Assembly: GCA_002269645.1 (NCBI GenBank)
Contig: NIVC01002940.1
Location: forward strand, 1-58,918
Reading direction: 5' to 3'
DNA from: Macrostomum lignano
Taxonomy: Eukaryota
DNA: 58,918 bases
The notes under the pieces are model-generated. The model worked only from the letters and a program-made list of their open reading frames with translations. It searched no databases and had not been told where the DNA came from. Position 1 is the stretch's first letter; the number at the start of each line of letters is the position of its first letter. Shown piece by piece: positions 1-18,256 of the stretch. The position numbers and the translations under genes were made by a program.

Positions 1-305
1 TTTATAGACTCGAATTTAGTACAAATATTTACGTGCATATCACATTGATATTTTGGCTAGACATTGCTACTTGAAACTATACTTATGCGGATGCTATGCG
101 TTTAAATAGATGTAATTTACAACAGCATAAAGAGCTGGAGCTCTTGAGTTCAACGGGTCAATTAGGCAGCTCATTGACTAAGCGGCGCTAGTTTTCATTA
201 ACTAATATTTCATTACTAAACATACGCATGCGATTCAACTCCGCCATAAATCAACAAGTTCGTACTTTTTACTTTGTACTTTTACTAAATCTTCACCTTT
301 TGCAG

Positions 306-6751
<6,446 letters not shown>

Positions 6752-7199
6752 ATAAAAACAAAGGCGCCCAAAGAGCGGAATATCCGCGGGAAAACCATGG
6801 CTGAAGTGTTGAAATGGCGATAAACAGAACGTAAACTAACCCTATATAATATTGTTAGATTGATACTTTTGCTTATTTTGGCATCAGATGCTTATCAATT
6901 TTAACTTTAACCGCTTTAAATGTACACTAATTGATTACTGATATTTAATTGTCGGCAATTTTAAATTTCTAATGCGAGTTCAAGGTTTTGATGGCTAGAA
7001 GTAAGTGCTGGTCTGTAATTCAACTTTTAAAATGTTATAAATAGAATTTATGACTATTTTTGATTACATTTAACTACATTAAATGTTTTGCTACTTACTG
7101 TTAGTAGTGGCGACTGCTTAGATAAATATGAATTTTTACTAATTGAAATCTTTCTGCTTTTGCCTTTAGGGTGTTTACGAGTACAACTCTCTAACTGTG

Positions 7200-7203
<4 letters not shown>

Positions 7204-7270
<67 letters not shown>

Positions 7271-7590
7271 TCTCTACCTGTGTCTAAATCTCTCTACCTG
7301 TGTTTACCTCTCTCTACCTGTGTCTACCTCTCTCTCTACCGGTGTCTACCTCTCTCTCTACCTGTGTCTACCTCTCTCTACCTGTGTCTACCCCTCTCTC
7401 TACCTGTGTCTACCCCTCTCTTTACCTGTGTCTACCTCTCTCTCTCTACCTGTGTCTACCTCTCTTTACCTGTGTCTACCTCTCTCTCTCTACCTGTGTC
7501 TACCTCTCTTTACCTGTGTCTACCTCTCTCTCTCTACCTGTGTCTACCTCTCTCTACCAGTGTCTACCTCTCTCTCTACCTATGTCTCTA
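7204..7590. repeat. (CT)n microsatellite grading into a ~20-bp (CTACCTGTGTCTACCTCTCT)-type repeat
   Basis: Direct inspection. Confidence 0.95.
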
Positions 7591-7752
7591 CCCCGGATTC
7601 GAACCCGGGGCCTATTACTGAGCACTGCACGGATTCGAATCCGGGACCTATTTCCGAGCACTGCACTGCACGGATTCGAACCCGGGGCCTATTTCCGAGT
7701 GCACGGATTCGAACTCGGTCCCAATTTCTGAGCACGGATTCGAACCCGGGTA
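7591..7752 (-). promoter_or_regulatory. Tandem cluster of five Pol III B-box-like motifs
   Basis: GGATTCGAAC(C/T) or GGATTCGAATC on + at 7595, 7631, 7672, 7705, 7736, which matches the B-box consensus GGTTCGANNCC on -; first copy lies in a T-arm-like hairpin CCCCGG-ATTCGAAC-CCGGGG; no A box or full cloverleaf seen. Confidence 0.7.
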
Positions 7753-8439
7753 CCTTGGCGCACGAAAATTGGTTTAGCCTGTCGTCTCATCTTGATTATC
7801 CTTTCTTTTTCAGTTCGTCAGTCAGTTTTGCATTTTAATTTGTTTTTTTAATTTAAAAAGCTTCTTTTCAATTTCACTTTCTAAATTTGAAAATCAATTA
7901 GCAGATATTGACAAGTACACAATGTACTTTACTGAGGAAGTCAAATAACCTCAGTAAGCTTGCGTGCTCTGTCGAGCTCAGGGAATGGAGTTTAATCAAG
8001 TTGCTGGCCAGACACCTCCGCAAGCGTGGATGCCGAAAGAATGAAGAAATTTTTTACAAGCTTTCTCTGCTCATTGCTGATTTTTTCAACTCGCAACTTC
8101 ATTTCTGGCTTTAGTTGTTGGGGAACAGTCACGTCACGCTCAGAGAGACTGGACACCCCACCAGTGCAACCGTCTGTGACTTCTTCCACTTCTATTCTGA
8201 GTCGAAGTCCGCCTCATCAGGGGAGTCTGTTTCTACTCCCCGTAGACAGCTGGCCTGTTTTAGTATTCGACTCAGCGAGTCTCTCTTTTACATGTTCCGC
8301 CTTGCTTGAGCCACCGACTCATGCTCAACATTGGAGTAGGGAGAATCTGGGTGGACGTTTGGGAAATATTTGAGTTGGAATGGAAATCTTCTTTTCGATT
8401 CAGGAAGCTGAGGCCGCAGTTGACATGCAGATTGGCTGA

Positions 8440-8730
8440 AGCACCAGGGGCGCCAGCATCAGGGGCGCCAGCACCAGGGGCGCCAGCACCAGGGGCGCCA
8501 GCACCAGGGGCGCCAGCACCAGGGGCGCCAGCACCAGGGGCGCCAGCACCAGGGGCGCCAGCACCAGGGGCGCCAGCACCAGGGGCGCCAGCACCAGGGG
8601 CGCCAGCACCAGGGGCGCCAGCACCAGGGCGCCAGCACCAGGGGCGCCAGCACCAGGGGCGCCAGCACCAGGGGCGCCAGCACCAGGGGCGCCAGCACCA
8701 GGGGCGCCAACACCAGGGGCGCCAGCACCA
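8440..8730. repeat. 15-bp GC-rich minisatellite (GCACCAGGGGCGCCA)n, ~19 copies
   Basis: Direct tandem repeats; one copy near 8628 lacks one G. Confidence 0.97.
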
Positions 8731-8966
8731 AAGTTCATTCCAAGCATCAACTCTAACTATGCTTTCGGCTTCTGCAATCCTTGTGAAGCAGTGCTTTTGC
8801 CAGTGCATGCCTATTGGGGGCCGAAACTTGAAGATACAACGAAAGAATGGGGAATTTTACCTGGCTTGACTTACTTACTTGACTTAGCTGCAGGGCTGTC
8901 CCGAAGGGGACACAGCGGGAAGGCGCGGGCGCCCATTCCGCTAGTCCCTGAACGGCCGACGCGTCG

Positions 8967-11900
8967 CTATGGACGGAGGGTTGGCGCCGCCCAGGGAGGT
9001 CCCCCAGTGTCGCCAGCAGCTATGGTGCTCTCTGGAAAGGAGAGTTCAGCCCTGCGGGTGGCCCGAAGGTAGCGCATGAGCTGATTAAAGTTTTCGGGTT
9101 TGCACGCTTCAGTAATAGATGTGTGTGGCCCGAGGTAAGTGAGTCTGGCCCGCGTGAAGGCGGGACAGATGCTGACGAAATGCTCAGCGGTTTCGTCACC
9201 TGAGTTGCAGAAACTACAGGTGGCGTTGGTGGCGTTGCCCTGCAGGTACTGGTGCCTGGAGAAGCAGCCGTGACCAGAGAGGGTCATGGTGGCAGCCCGG
9301 ATGTCTCTGCGCGAGAGGCGCAAGAGGAGCTTCCGGAGCTGGTGAGAGGGCTGAGGGACAGCGCCTCTGGATTGCCTGCAGTTCGTGCGGTTCGCCCAAG
9401 TCGAGCGGTGCTGAGTCCTGATCCACGCTTTGATGCGCGAGTCGATGACACAGCCAGGAATCGGGACAAGAGGTTCGGGGCCGAGAGAGGAGCCGGAGGC
9501 ACCAACTTTTGCAAGGGTGTCAGCCAACTCATTTCCTCGGATCCCCACATGCCCCGGAACCCACTTAAGGGTAATTTTGTTGGCGGAACCCAACATGTTG
9601 AGGAGTTTGATACAGTCGAGGACTGTAGCAGAGTTGGTGCTGCAGCCACTGATGGCGTGCAAGGCAGCTTGGCTGTCCGAATGGAAAATGATGTTCTTAC
9701 CAGTAACGCCAGTGGCGAGAAGCTCTGCAGTGCAGGAGCTGATGGCCAGAACTTCATTTTGGAAAACACTGGAGTTGACCCCAGTGTATTGAGCGTGGGT
9801 AGCGATGACCCTCCCGTTCAGAAAGATTCCAACACCAAAGCCGGTGTTGGCTGACTGCTTAGAACCGTCGGTGTAGCAATGAAGCTCACCAGGGTTCCAT
9901 TGGTCATTGATGTTATCGCGCGAGTCGATAGCTACGGAGTAGCGCTGTCTCAGGTTGAGCGTTGAGGCAATGCCATCGGTGAAGACGCGATTGGCCTGAC
10001 ACTCGTTGAGAAAGTTGAGGCACAGATCGCTATGCGGGACAAGGTTCCGCTTAGCAGGTGCTCTCATGTAAATGAATTTGACGCCGGCATCAATTAGACG
10101 CCGCGTCGTTCTAGCCGCCTCACCCCTGATGAAGAGGTCAAGAGGCGGAAGATTAAGGAAGGCCCCCATGCCAGCAAAGGGCGTGGACCTGGTGGCGTTG
10201 CAGATGAGCCTACACGCTCTGCCTTGGATCGTGTTGAGCAGGTCTGCATGGCTTTTGACCTGGGTAGCGCTAACCCAGACAACAGAGGCGTACGTAATGG
10301 CAGGTCTAACTACGGAAGTATAGATCCACCAAAGCCGCTTTGGGGATAGACCCCAAGAAGTGCCAAGTGCTCGTCGGAGCTGGGCCAGGATGGCTGAGGC
10401 ACGCTTGGCTTTTGCTTTCACGTGGAGGACCAGTTGAGCCGGTGGTCAAGTATGACCCCGAGACATCTGGTCTGGTGCGCGAAGGCAATATCTCTGCCGT
10501 AGAGCTGCAGAGGACGTATGTTCCAGCGTAGTCTGCTGGTAAACATAATGGCAACGGTTTTGGGCTCAGAGAGTTCCAGACCATTGTCATTGGCCCAGGA
10601 TTCTGCTTTGCGGATAAAGCTCTGCATCAGATCCCTGAGCGTGCTGGGAGACGGTCCTGCCACAATGGCCGTGACGTCATCAGCATACCCGACTTTGAAG
10701 ACGGGGTCGGGTCGGGAGTCACTCAAAAGAGCGTCCATGACCAGGTTCCAGAGCGTCGGGGTGAGGACTCCGCCTTGGGGTCCACCCTTACAGACTCTGG
10801 TGGAGGCAGTTTGCCCAAGAAGTTGGGCAGTGACCGTACGGTTGGAGATCATGTACATGATCCACCGTATGAGGGTAGCATGAGCTTTGCGATTTTGAAG
10901 GGCCCTCTGAAACGCTTCAAAGATAACGTTGTCGAAGGCGCCAACAATGTCAAGAAAGAGAGCCAGAGCGTAACCGTCACCCAGTACCGCCCTTTCAATC
11001 TTCTCGACAATCGCATGCAAGGCGCTGTCAGTCGACCTCCCGGTACGGAAGGCGTGCTGATTATTGCTGAGGGGCATCGCTGTCAGCTCGCAGGACAGCA
11101 GCCGCCAGAGAATAAGCCTCTCAGTGAGCTTAAGCATTGCTGACGTTAAGCTAATAGGCCGGAAGGCCTTGACGCTTTGGTAGTCACCCTTCCCAGGTTT
11201 GGGAATAAAGACTACCCGAGCTTCAGTCCAGCATTTGGGAACGTATCCCAGCTGGATAGAGGCCCGCATAAGATTGCGGGTGAGTCTCAGGAACGAGGGT
11301 ATCTTGGCTGCTTCACGAAGGAGAACAGGGTAGATACCATCAGGTCCAGGAGATTTGAAGGGTTTGAAGGTTCTGACCGCACGAGCGATTAGGTCTTCAG
11401 TGACAATGCCCGCCGCTAGGGTGGCTCCATCCATCGAATGGTTGGGCTCCGGTCTAGCAGTAGGTACCCTCGGGAAGAATGTGCTAAGCATATGCTGAAG
11501 CACTTCTTCAGGGTCTTTAGTAAGAGAGCCATCATCTTTTTTGATCATGGCTAATTTGGACATTTTGTCCATTGTAAGGGCCTTGACAAGCCTAGAAGTA
11601 GGTCTGTCTTGATCCAATTCATTGCAGAATTGGCGCCACTTACATTCCTTGGCCTTGCGCACTTCAGATTTGAAATTGCGGGAGGCTTGCCGGAAAAGCT
11701 CCATGTCCTCCGGGTTTCCGGTCTTCATGGCACGGCGATGAAGGCTTTTGGCCTTCCGCCTGAGTTTCCCCAGCTCCGGGTTCCACCACGGCGCCGAGGT
11801 CTTGCCTTTGTAGGCGCGAGCAGGACAAGCCGCTTCGTAGGCTTCAATAATGCAACCTGTCAGCGTCTCAGCCATATGATCCACATCCTCGCAGGTCTCA

Positions 11901-12706
11901 ATCGGACGTAAGTCCGTGAGTTCCTGCAGGTGCAGATCAAGGGCAGCCTTGTAGGCCGCCCAATCAGTGTTGCGGATATTGCGTCTCCAAGTGATCGGAG
12001 ACTGGGTTTTAGTGTCCGCGATGTTAAAGGCGATAAAGCAGTGGTCAGACAGGGAGGGCTCCTCAGACCAGACTCTCCACTCCTCAACTCTGTCAAAGAG
12101 TCTTGGGGTAACGAGTGTGGCGTCGAGGACCTCAGTCCATCTGCCATTATTAAAGGTAGGAGTGCTGCCGCGGTTGCAGAGCATGAGGTTTGTGTTAGAG
12201 ATGAGGGCCAGAAGCTCCTCTCCTCTAGTGTTGGTATCTTTGCTGCCCCAGTGCTTGTGGTGCGCGTTGAGGTCGCCCCCTAAGCACAGCTCAGCGTTCT
12301 GGGACTCGCAGTACTGCGCGAGGCGCAGTAAACTCTCAGGAGCAGGGTCTCTGTCGCCTGGGATATAAACCGAGGCAACAAGACACGTACGCGGAGAGAA
12401 ATGATTAGATTGGATGACGCAAAGGTCTCCATCAGAGAGATCAGTCCTCAGCCAAGCCTGGAGATGGCTAGCAGCGAGGATAGCCGCTCTAGGGCGACTG
12501 TTCCCCGGGCCACACACATAAAAATCAGAGTAGCCAGAGGGAATGTTGGGCAACTTACCGTTGCGCATCCAGGGTTCCTGGATCAGGATGAGGCCTGGCC
12601 TGTACAGCTCAGCAATCTTCATCAGATTTACTGACGCAGATACGCAATGCTGTAAATTAATTTGCAGACAGAATGTCGCTCCTTTGGCAGCGTGGAGCTT
12701 AGTCAT
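8967..12706 (-). CDS. LINE ORF2: APE endonuclease, reverse transcriptase, RNase H, C-terminal CCHC; one 1-nt frameshift at ~10424
   Basis: EN motifs IQEP, GGDLNAH, LDATL, SDH; RT motifs FRPISL, FLDIVGAFD, QGGVLTP, YADD; RNase H motifs YTDGS, NEVLAI, SDSQAAL, WVPGHVGIRGNELAD; CSFC-x8-H-x4-C. Adding one C at TCC TCC (C)AC joins the 762-aa and 484-aa ORFs as LNWSSHVKAKAKR. Confidence 0.92.
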
Positions 12707-12729
12707 ACTGTATTAAATGCAATTTCTGG

Positions 12730-14250
12730 CTAGAGCCCAGGGCCATCAAGGAGACTTGGACAACAGATCGTCCTCGTCCCAGGCCGCTGGGGCTTGACTG
12801 GGAGATGGGAGTTGGTCGACGTCCATGGCCTCCTCACCCCACCGCCCCCCCCAGCAGAGTCCTCAGGCTCCGATGACAGGATGGAGGAAGCTTCCTCACC
12901 TGCATCTTTACCTTCAGACCCCACCAGGGTGGCCGAGGAGAGCTCGGATTCCGAAGACCCGGCCTCGTCCTCAACTCCTTCTCCGACTGGCAGGTTTGGT
13001 TCCCGGGGCTTGGCCGGAGCCGTTACCGCGGTCGCCGAACTGCTGCTAGCAGAGGGGCGAGATGCAGCTTTGGCTTTGGGATCGGCTTGCGCCTTTCCTT
13101 GGGCCTTAGACTGCGCCCCGCTCTTGCCGGAGATGCCGGGGTTGGCAGTAGCCTTCCCTTTGGCAGACTTTCCTCGGCGCATCTTGAGCTTGAGGGCACC
13201 CAGCTGGAAAGAGGATCCATTAGGGTACCGACTCGCCCAAGTGCTGGAAAGGCCGAGGACAATTGAGTTGCCCGTCTCCCCCCTGCGGACTTTGCGGTGA
13301 TACACCAGTCCACTAGCAGGGAGGTCGGGGTTCAGACGCAGTAGGACCCGGCGAATAACGTCTGGTCCAGCTGCGGTGCTCTTAGCAGGGACGAAAACCA
13401 CATAGGGTATCGTCTTTGGACGCTGGCCCTCGCGAAGAAAAAGAGCTCCGCCAAGGTCAGCATCCAAGGAGACCGTCGGTAGCCGCTGGAGCAGCCGCCG
13501 AGCGTCCTCCTCGCTGCTAGGAGCAATAAGAACGAATGTGCTTCGCAGCACCATCCGCTCAATGCCGATGGAGATTCCCTCCTCGACAGTCAGCTCAATC
13601 AGATAGGAGTCAACAGCACTCCACACTTTTTGAAGCTGATCAGTGGTCCAGTCCTGGTCGCGACCTTGGATGATCACTCCCGGGATTTTGGCCTTGGCCT
13701 TCGCCGCAAAGGTAGCTCCCGAAGGAACCTCCTTGTTGGCAGTGGCCATTTGTTGCGCCGTGGTTTCGGCCTCAGCAGCCGCAGCAGCATCTCCAGGGAG
13801 CGCCGCCGCTGAACTACCGGAGCTTCCACCGGCCGGCCCGTCTGGTTGCCTTGGGACGCCAGTCGCTTCAGCATCCATGGTGGACGCCGCCGCTTTGGCC
13901 CCCGCAGCTCCCTTCTTGGCCTGCCTTTTGGCGCGTTGTTTAGCGCGTTTGCGCTCAAGCCGAGCCCGCTGAGCTTCGTCGGATCTGCCAGATTTGGCCG
14001 GTCCTTTAGGCTCAGAGCTCGCGGTTCCCTTAGATCCACCAGCGGAGCTGGCAGGTCTTTGGGTATTTTGAGTTTGGTAGCTCTGGTCGGATCTGCCAGC
14101 AGAGCCAGCCGGTCCTTCCTTTGCCACAGTTGAATCAGTCGGTTGGGATCTGCCAGCAGGGCCGGCCGGTCCTTCGGACTGAGGTTGGGGTTTAGAAGGG
14201 TCCCCGTCCCTAGAAATAGCTTGTTTATCCATAGACGGCTCGAAGGCCAT
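12730..14250 (-). CDS. LINE ORF1 (gag-like; central region resembles the DUF4780-type ORF1 of LOA elements, no CCHC knuckle visible)
   Basis: Open frame of ~506 aa from ATG 14250 (track starts at GTG 14307); N-terminal EGPAGxAGRS-like repeats; core WTTDQLQKVWSAV...VVFVP...LLRLNPDLP...IVLGLS...FQLG; acidic Ser-rich C-terminus. Confidence 0.75.
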   Translation of the reverse strand: MAFEPSMDKQAISRDGDPSKPQPQSEGPAGPAGRSQPTDSTVAKEGPAGSAGRSDQSYQTQNTQRPASSAGGSKGTASSEPKGPAKSGRSDEAQRARLERKRAKQRAKRQAKKGAAGAKAAASTMDAEATGVPRQPDGPAGGSSGSSAAALPGDAAAAAEAETTAQQMATANKEVPSGATFAAKAKAKIPGVIIQGRDQDWTTDQLQKVWSAVDSYLIELTVEEGISIGIERMVLRSTFVLIAPSSEEDARRLLQRLPTVSLDADLGGALFLREGQRPKTIPYVVFVPAKSTAAGPDVIRRVLLRLNPDLPASGLVYHRKVRRGETGNSIVLGLSSTWASRYPNGSSFQLGALKLKMRRGKSAKGKATANPGISGKSGAQSKAQGKAQADPKAKAASRPSASSSSATAVTAPAKPREPNLPVGEGVEDEAGSSESELSSATLVGSEGKDAGEEASSILSSEPEDSAGGGGGVRRPWTSTNSHLPVKPQRPGTRTICCPSLLDGPGL

Positions 14251-14929
14251 GATAGAAGGTTGGTGGGCTACCCTCAAAGGGGCGCGGTACCCACCCGGCC
14301 GCTCCACCTGACCGGGCAGTAGGCCAATAGCACCCTCAAGGCTGGCCCGACACCAGGAGGGGGACCGCTTGCGACCGGACTACTCCCCGGCCTTCCAGCC
14401 CATCGGCACGGTCAACACCTTAGGCATTAGAGAGTACGTTGAGCAGTACCACGGCCTGCAGGTTGGCGAGCCAGACCCGCATACCCAAATTCGGCCGAAG
14501 CCACTGGATAGGGTCGCCAGCGCCGGAGCCCAGTCTGTCCAGCAGCCCTAGGGACTGCCTTGAACACACGCGGGGACGAGTACCCTGGGTCGACTTGCGA
14601 GACAGCGTGGGGGGGGGTCTGCGGCTGCCAGAGGCAAATAGAGGGTGCAGACCTCCCACCAGCCTTGACCTGCTGAAGATAGGGGCAGGCGTGAAGCATC
14701 GCAGACCTTAGCCCATGGGCCTAGTCTGTCTCATACTTCACTGGCATGCTGAATACGCCTTCGCGTGCCTGGCACATTTTACCTGGCACAAAAAGGCTTC
14801 AGACGGGACAGCCGTCACCTGAGATTGTTGGGTGCATGACAGAAGATATTGAGTATGAGAAAAAGTAGTGAGGTAAGAAAGGGTAAAACACGATTAAAGG
14901 TGGGATGAGTAAAAGTGACAGGGAGGCAG

Positions 14930-15115
14930 ATGGTGACACAGGGTGACACAGGGTGACACAGGGTGACACAGGGTGACACAGGGTGACACAGGGTGACACA
15001 GGGTGACAGAATGTGACACAGGGTGACACAGGGTGACAGAATGTGACACAGGGTGACACAGGGTGACAAAATGTGACACAGGGTGACACAGGGTGACAGA
15101 ATGTGACACAGGGTG
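14930..15115. repeat. 10-bp minisatellite (GGGTGACACA)n with GAATGTGACA variants
   Basis: Direct tandem repeats. Confidence 0.95.
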
Positions 15116-15749
15116 AGCATGCAGGAACAAGAGAGGAAGCAAGAGCCGATTAAGAGGCGCCTGGAGAGCCACAGCAAACAGCCGGAGAGCAGGCAGTCCT
15201 TGCAAAGAGGCCAGCAAAGGTCAAGTGAAATTTCTTCCCTCAAAAAAATTTTTGATTTGAGCTACAAAGTCTCCAACTGTGCAAATATGGAAAAGAATGT
15301 TTAAAACAAACAAATTTCAGTTGAAGTCTCGGCCAGAACCTGCGGCTGTTCGCAGAAATCCAGCCATTTGCTGACTGACTTTCTTCAGCAGAAAAATAGT
15401 TCAGTCAAAGGCGAGTCGAAATTAACGGCGAAGCGTGCCTGACCACAATGGGAGCCTGGACTGGGTGCAGCTCAAGTTCATTATTTAGGTCTGTTTGGCC
15501 CTGATGAGATGGGGCGGATGCAGTACTGGGATTTTGGCTCAAGGAGGCAGAGGTGCAGCAACGGTGTTTGGATTTCTGCTTTTGCAGGCTGCCCCACTGT
15601 TGTTTTCCACTGCTTTGCCGTTGAAATTTAATGCCGTGGATTTCCTGGGAATTCGATCCATGGATTAACGACTGACCGGAGCCTGTGGGAATCTTGTTTA
15701 GGATCGTAACAAGCTGCTAGCATCAGCACCATGCATACGGCTAGAGGAG

Positions 15750-16351
<602 letters not shown>

Positions 16352-18256
16352 GTAGTAGTAGTAAGTAGTAAGTTGGCTCAGGCAGGAAGCCTGTTTGGCC
16401 AGTATACGTCAGTGTATTTAATAAGAATTCAAAAGTAGAAGGAAAACCTGGATAGACAACCAGCAGGAAAAAATTTAAAAGTACAACAGAAAGCTCTCAA
16501 TCAAAAAAACAAAATGCAGAGAAGCTGCGAGCCCTAAGAGCTACCCTCTGACCCCAGGAATTTTCGCGCCAGTTGATTCACTGTGTTCTTAGAAAAAATC
16601 GTCTGAATTCCCAGCTTCTGGGGCTTGAGATAATCTGGTAAAGCCCCGTGTACGAGCTACGCTCGGGGAGGCAGAAAGCATTGGAATCTTCTCTAGCCAG
16701 GCAAATTGATTGAGCAAGTCGAGGCCAAGCATAGCGGGAATCGTTGAATCCAAATCCAGCTCTCGAATTGGTTTGAAAAGGTTTAGGGATTTTTTTAGGT
16801 GAGCTTTTCCAGCTAATGGGTGCTCATTGTGAGACTGGCTGCGCACTGAACTTCCTCCTAAGCTGCTGGTTTGAACAAACAGAAATGAAGCATAACACAT
16901 TTACACAGGATGGATACGGCTGCACTTGGCAAATACAGCTCGCAGGATAAGTAAGGGTAAAAGAGGCACTACTCTGGCAAGGTAAAATTTTAGCAAAACT
17001 ACCCTTTTCCAGTTTTGGATTAGGAGTTTCATCTGGGAAAAAATTGTCTGCTTTTAATTTCGGTTAGCGCTTGCTGGGGTCATGTTAATACAAGTCAAGG
17101 TAGACGCATTGTGTGAACTTTGCGTCGCTTTCCATTGGTGTCAAATCGGGTGTTTCACCATTGGCACTAAATTGGGTGTCTTTTAAATGCACCTTGTCTC
17201 TACGAATCTTTCGATTTAAATATGGCTGAAAACTGCGCAAGTTAATCTCCACTCAACTTTAATCTTCCACAAAACATCCAGATCCTAAAAGTGCAACTGG
17301 TGACAGGCCTCAGCCTCCTGCCGCCAAAGCCAGTCCGAAATATGACTCGCCACCATTTCCCAGAGCTCACTGGGTGGCCATTTCCTACTGGGAGTTCGCT
17401 AGCTGTCAGACGCCCCTCTCTGCACTGAGCTGGGTAAACGCGAATTTCGGTCGGCTATTTGAACAACGGATTGATTTGGTGAATTTCAGGCACTGAATAA
17501 TACGAGGACAATTCTAAGAACGGCCCATGACAACTGGAGCAGCGGGATTTGGTAATGACTTTGAAGCAAGCTGGTTGTTTTTTTTTTAAAAGCACCCCAA
17601 CACTCGCTGACATCCGAAACTGGGCGAGCGAACCAGAAACTACATTGCAATAGCCGGAGGGCGGGGAGACACTCGCAGAGAGGATTCGATCGCCGCAAGC
17701 ATCACGGACGCGGCTCCGCAATTGGGTCTGACAACTGGCGACTCTCATTATCAACGCGCACGTCGCGACCCCGTGCGACATTTTTTTCGGACACTGTGGA
17801 AACGCTGGGCCCAGAGCTGCAGGGTCTGTCGCCATCTCCCATTGGCTGTTGGCGTGGGACGCACAGCTGAGAGCGCCTGGCATTGGCCTGCTGCAGGCCT
17901 GCCTGTCAGTCACAGGACTGGGGCGGAGCTGCAGTTGTAACGGCAGTGGAGAGGCTCGTCTTTCTCCATCTATCGGTGGCGCGGCTGAGAGGAAAGCAGG
18001 TTTCCTCCCCCCTGGTTGTTCTCATCCTGCTGATCCCATTACTTCCCTTTCCTCGCCCGTTTCGCCCCCTATCTGCCTGAGTTGGAAGCCAGGACTTTCA
18101 CCCATCGGCGGCTGCGAAACTCGCTGAACCAACCGACGAAGAACAGCGGGTGCTCGGGCTTTGCATGCAGAGCCGCATCTTGGCACTCTGCAGGGCCGCT
18201 TTGATTTTACTCAAATTCGAAACTTCTGACTAAAGTTCGTCTCTCTTAGCTCCGAC

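Larger units (their letters stand above)
8866..14775 (-). mobile_element. Apparently full-length non-LTR retrotransposon, LOA-like (R1/LOA/I group with RNase H)
   Basis: 12-bp direct repeat ATTTTACCTGGC at 8854-8865 and 14776-14787 (TSD); 3' tail TAAGTCAAGTAAGTAAGTCAA on -; ORF1 then ORF2 separated by 23 nt; ~470-520 nt 5' UTR. The QINLQH endonuclease start and the EN-RT-RNH-CCHC order match LOA-type elements; clade call needs an RT tree. Confidence 0.92.

Noticed and set aside
10418-10425. Programmed ribosomal frameshift between RT and RNase H
   Set aside because: No slippery heptamer, and the break falls inside the conserved RT thumb-region motif; a 1-nt deletion is simpler
9214-14133. Antisense and alternate-frame ORFs over the LINE
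   Set aside because: Shadow ORFs of GC-rich coding sequence with no recognisable motifs
14776-14900. U1 snRNA gene (TTACCTGGC resembles the U1 5' end)
   Set aside because: Similarity is limited to about 9 nt; no U1 stem-loops or Sm site follow
16589-18127. Short ORFs upstream of the DEG/ENaC gene
   Set aside because: No motifs or codon bias; more likely GC-rich promoter/UTR and decayed repeats
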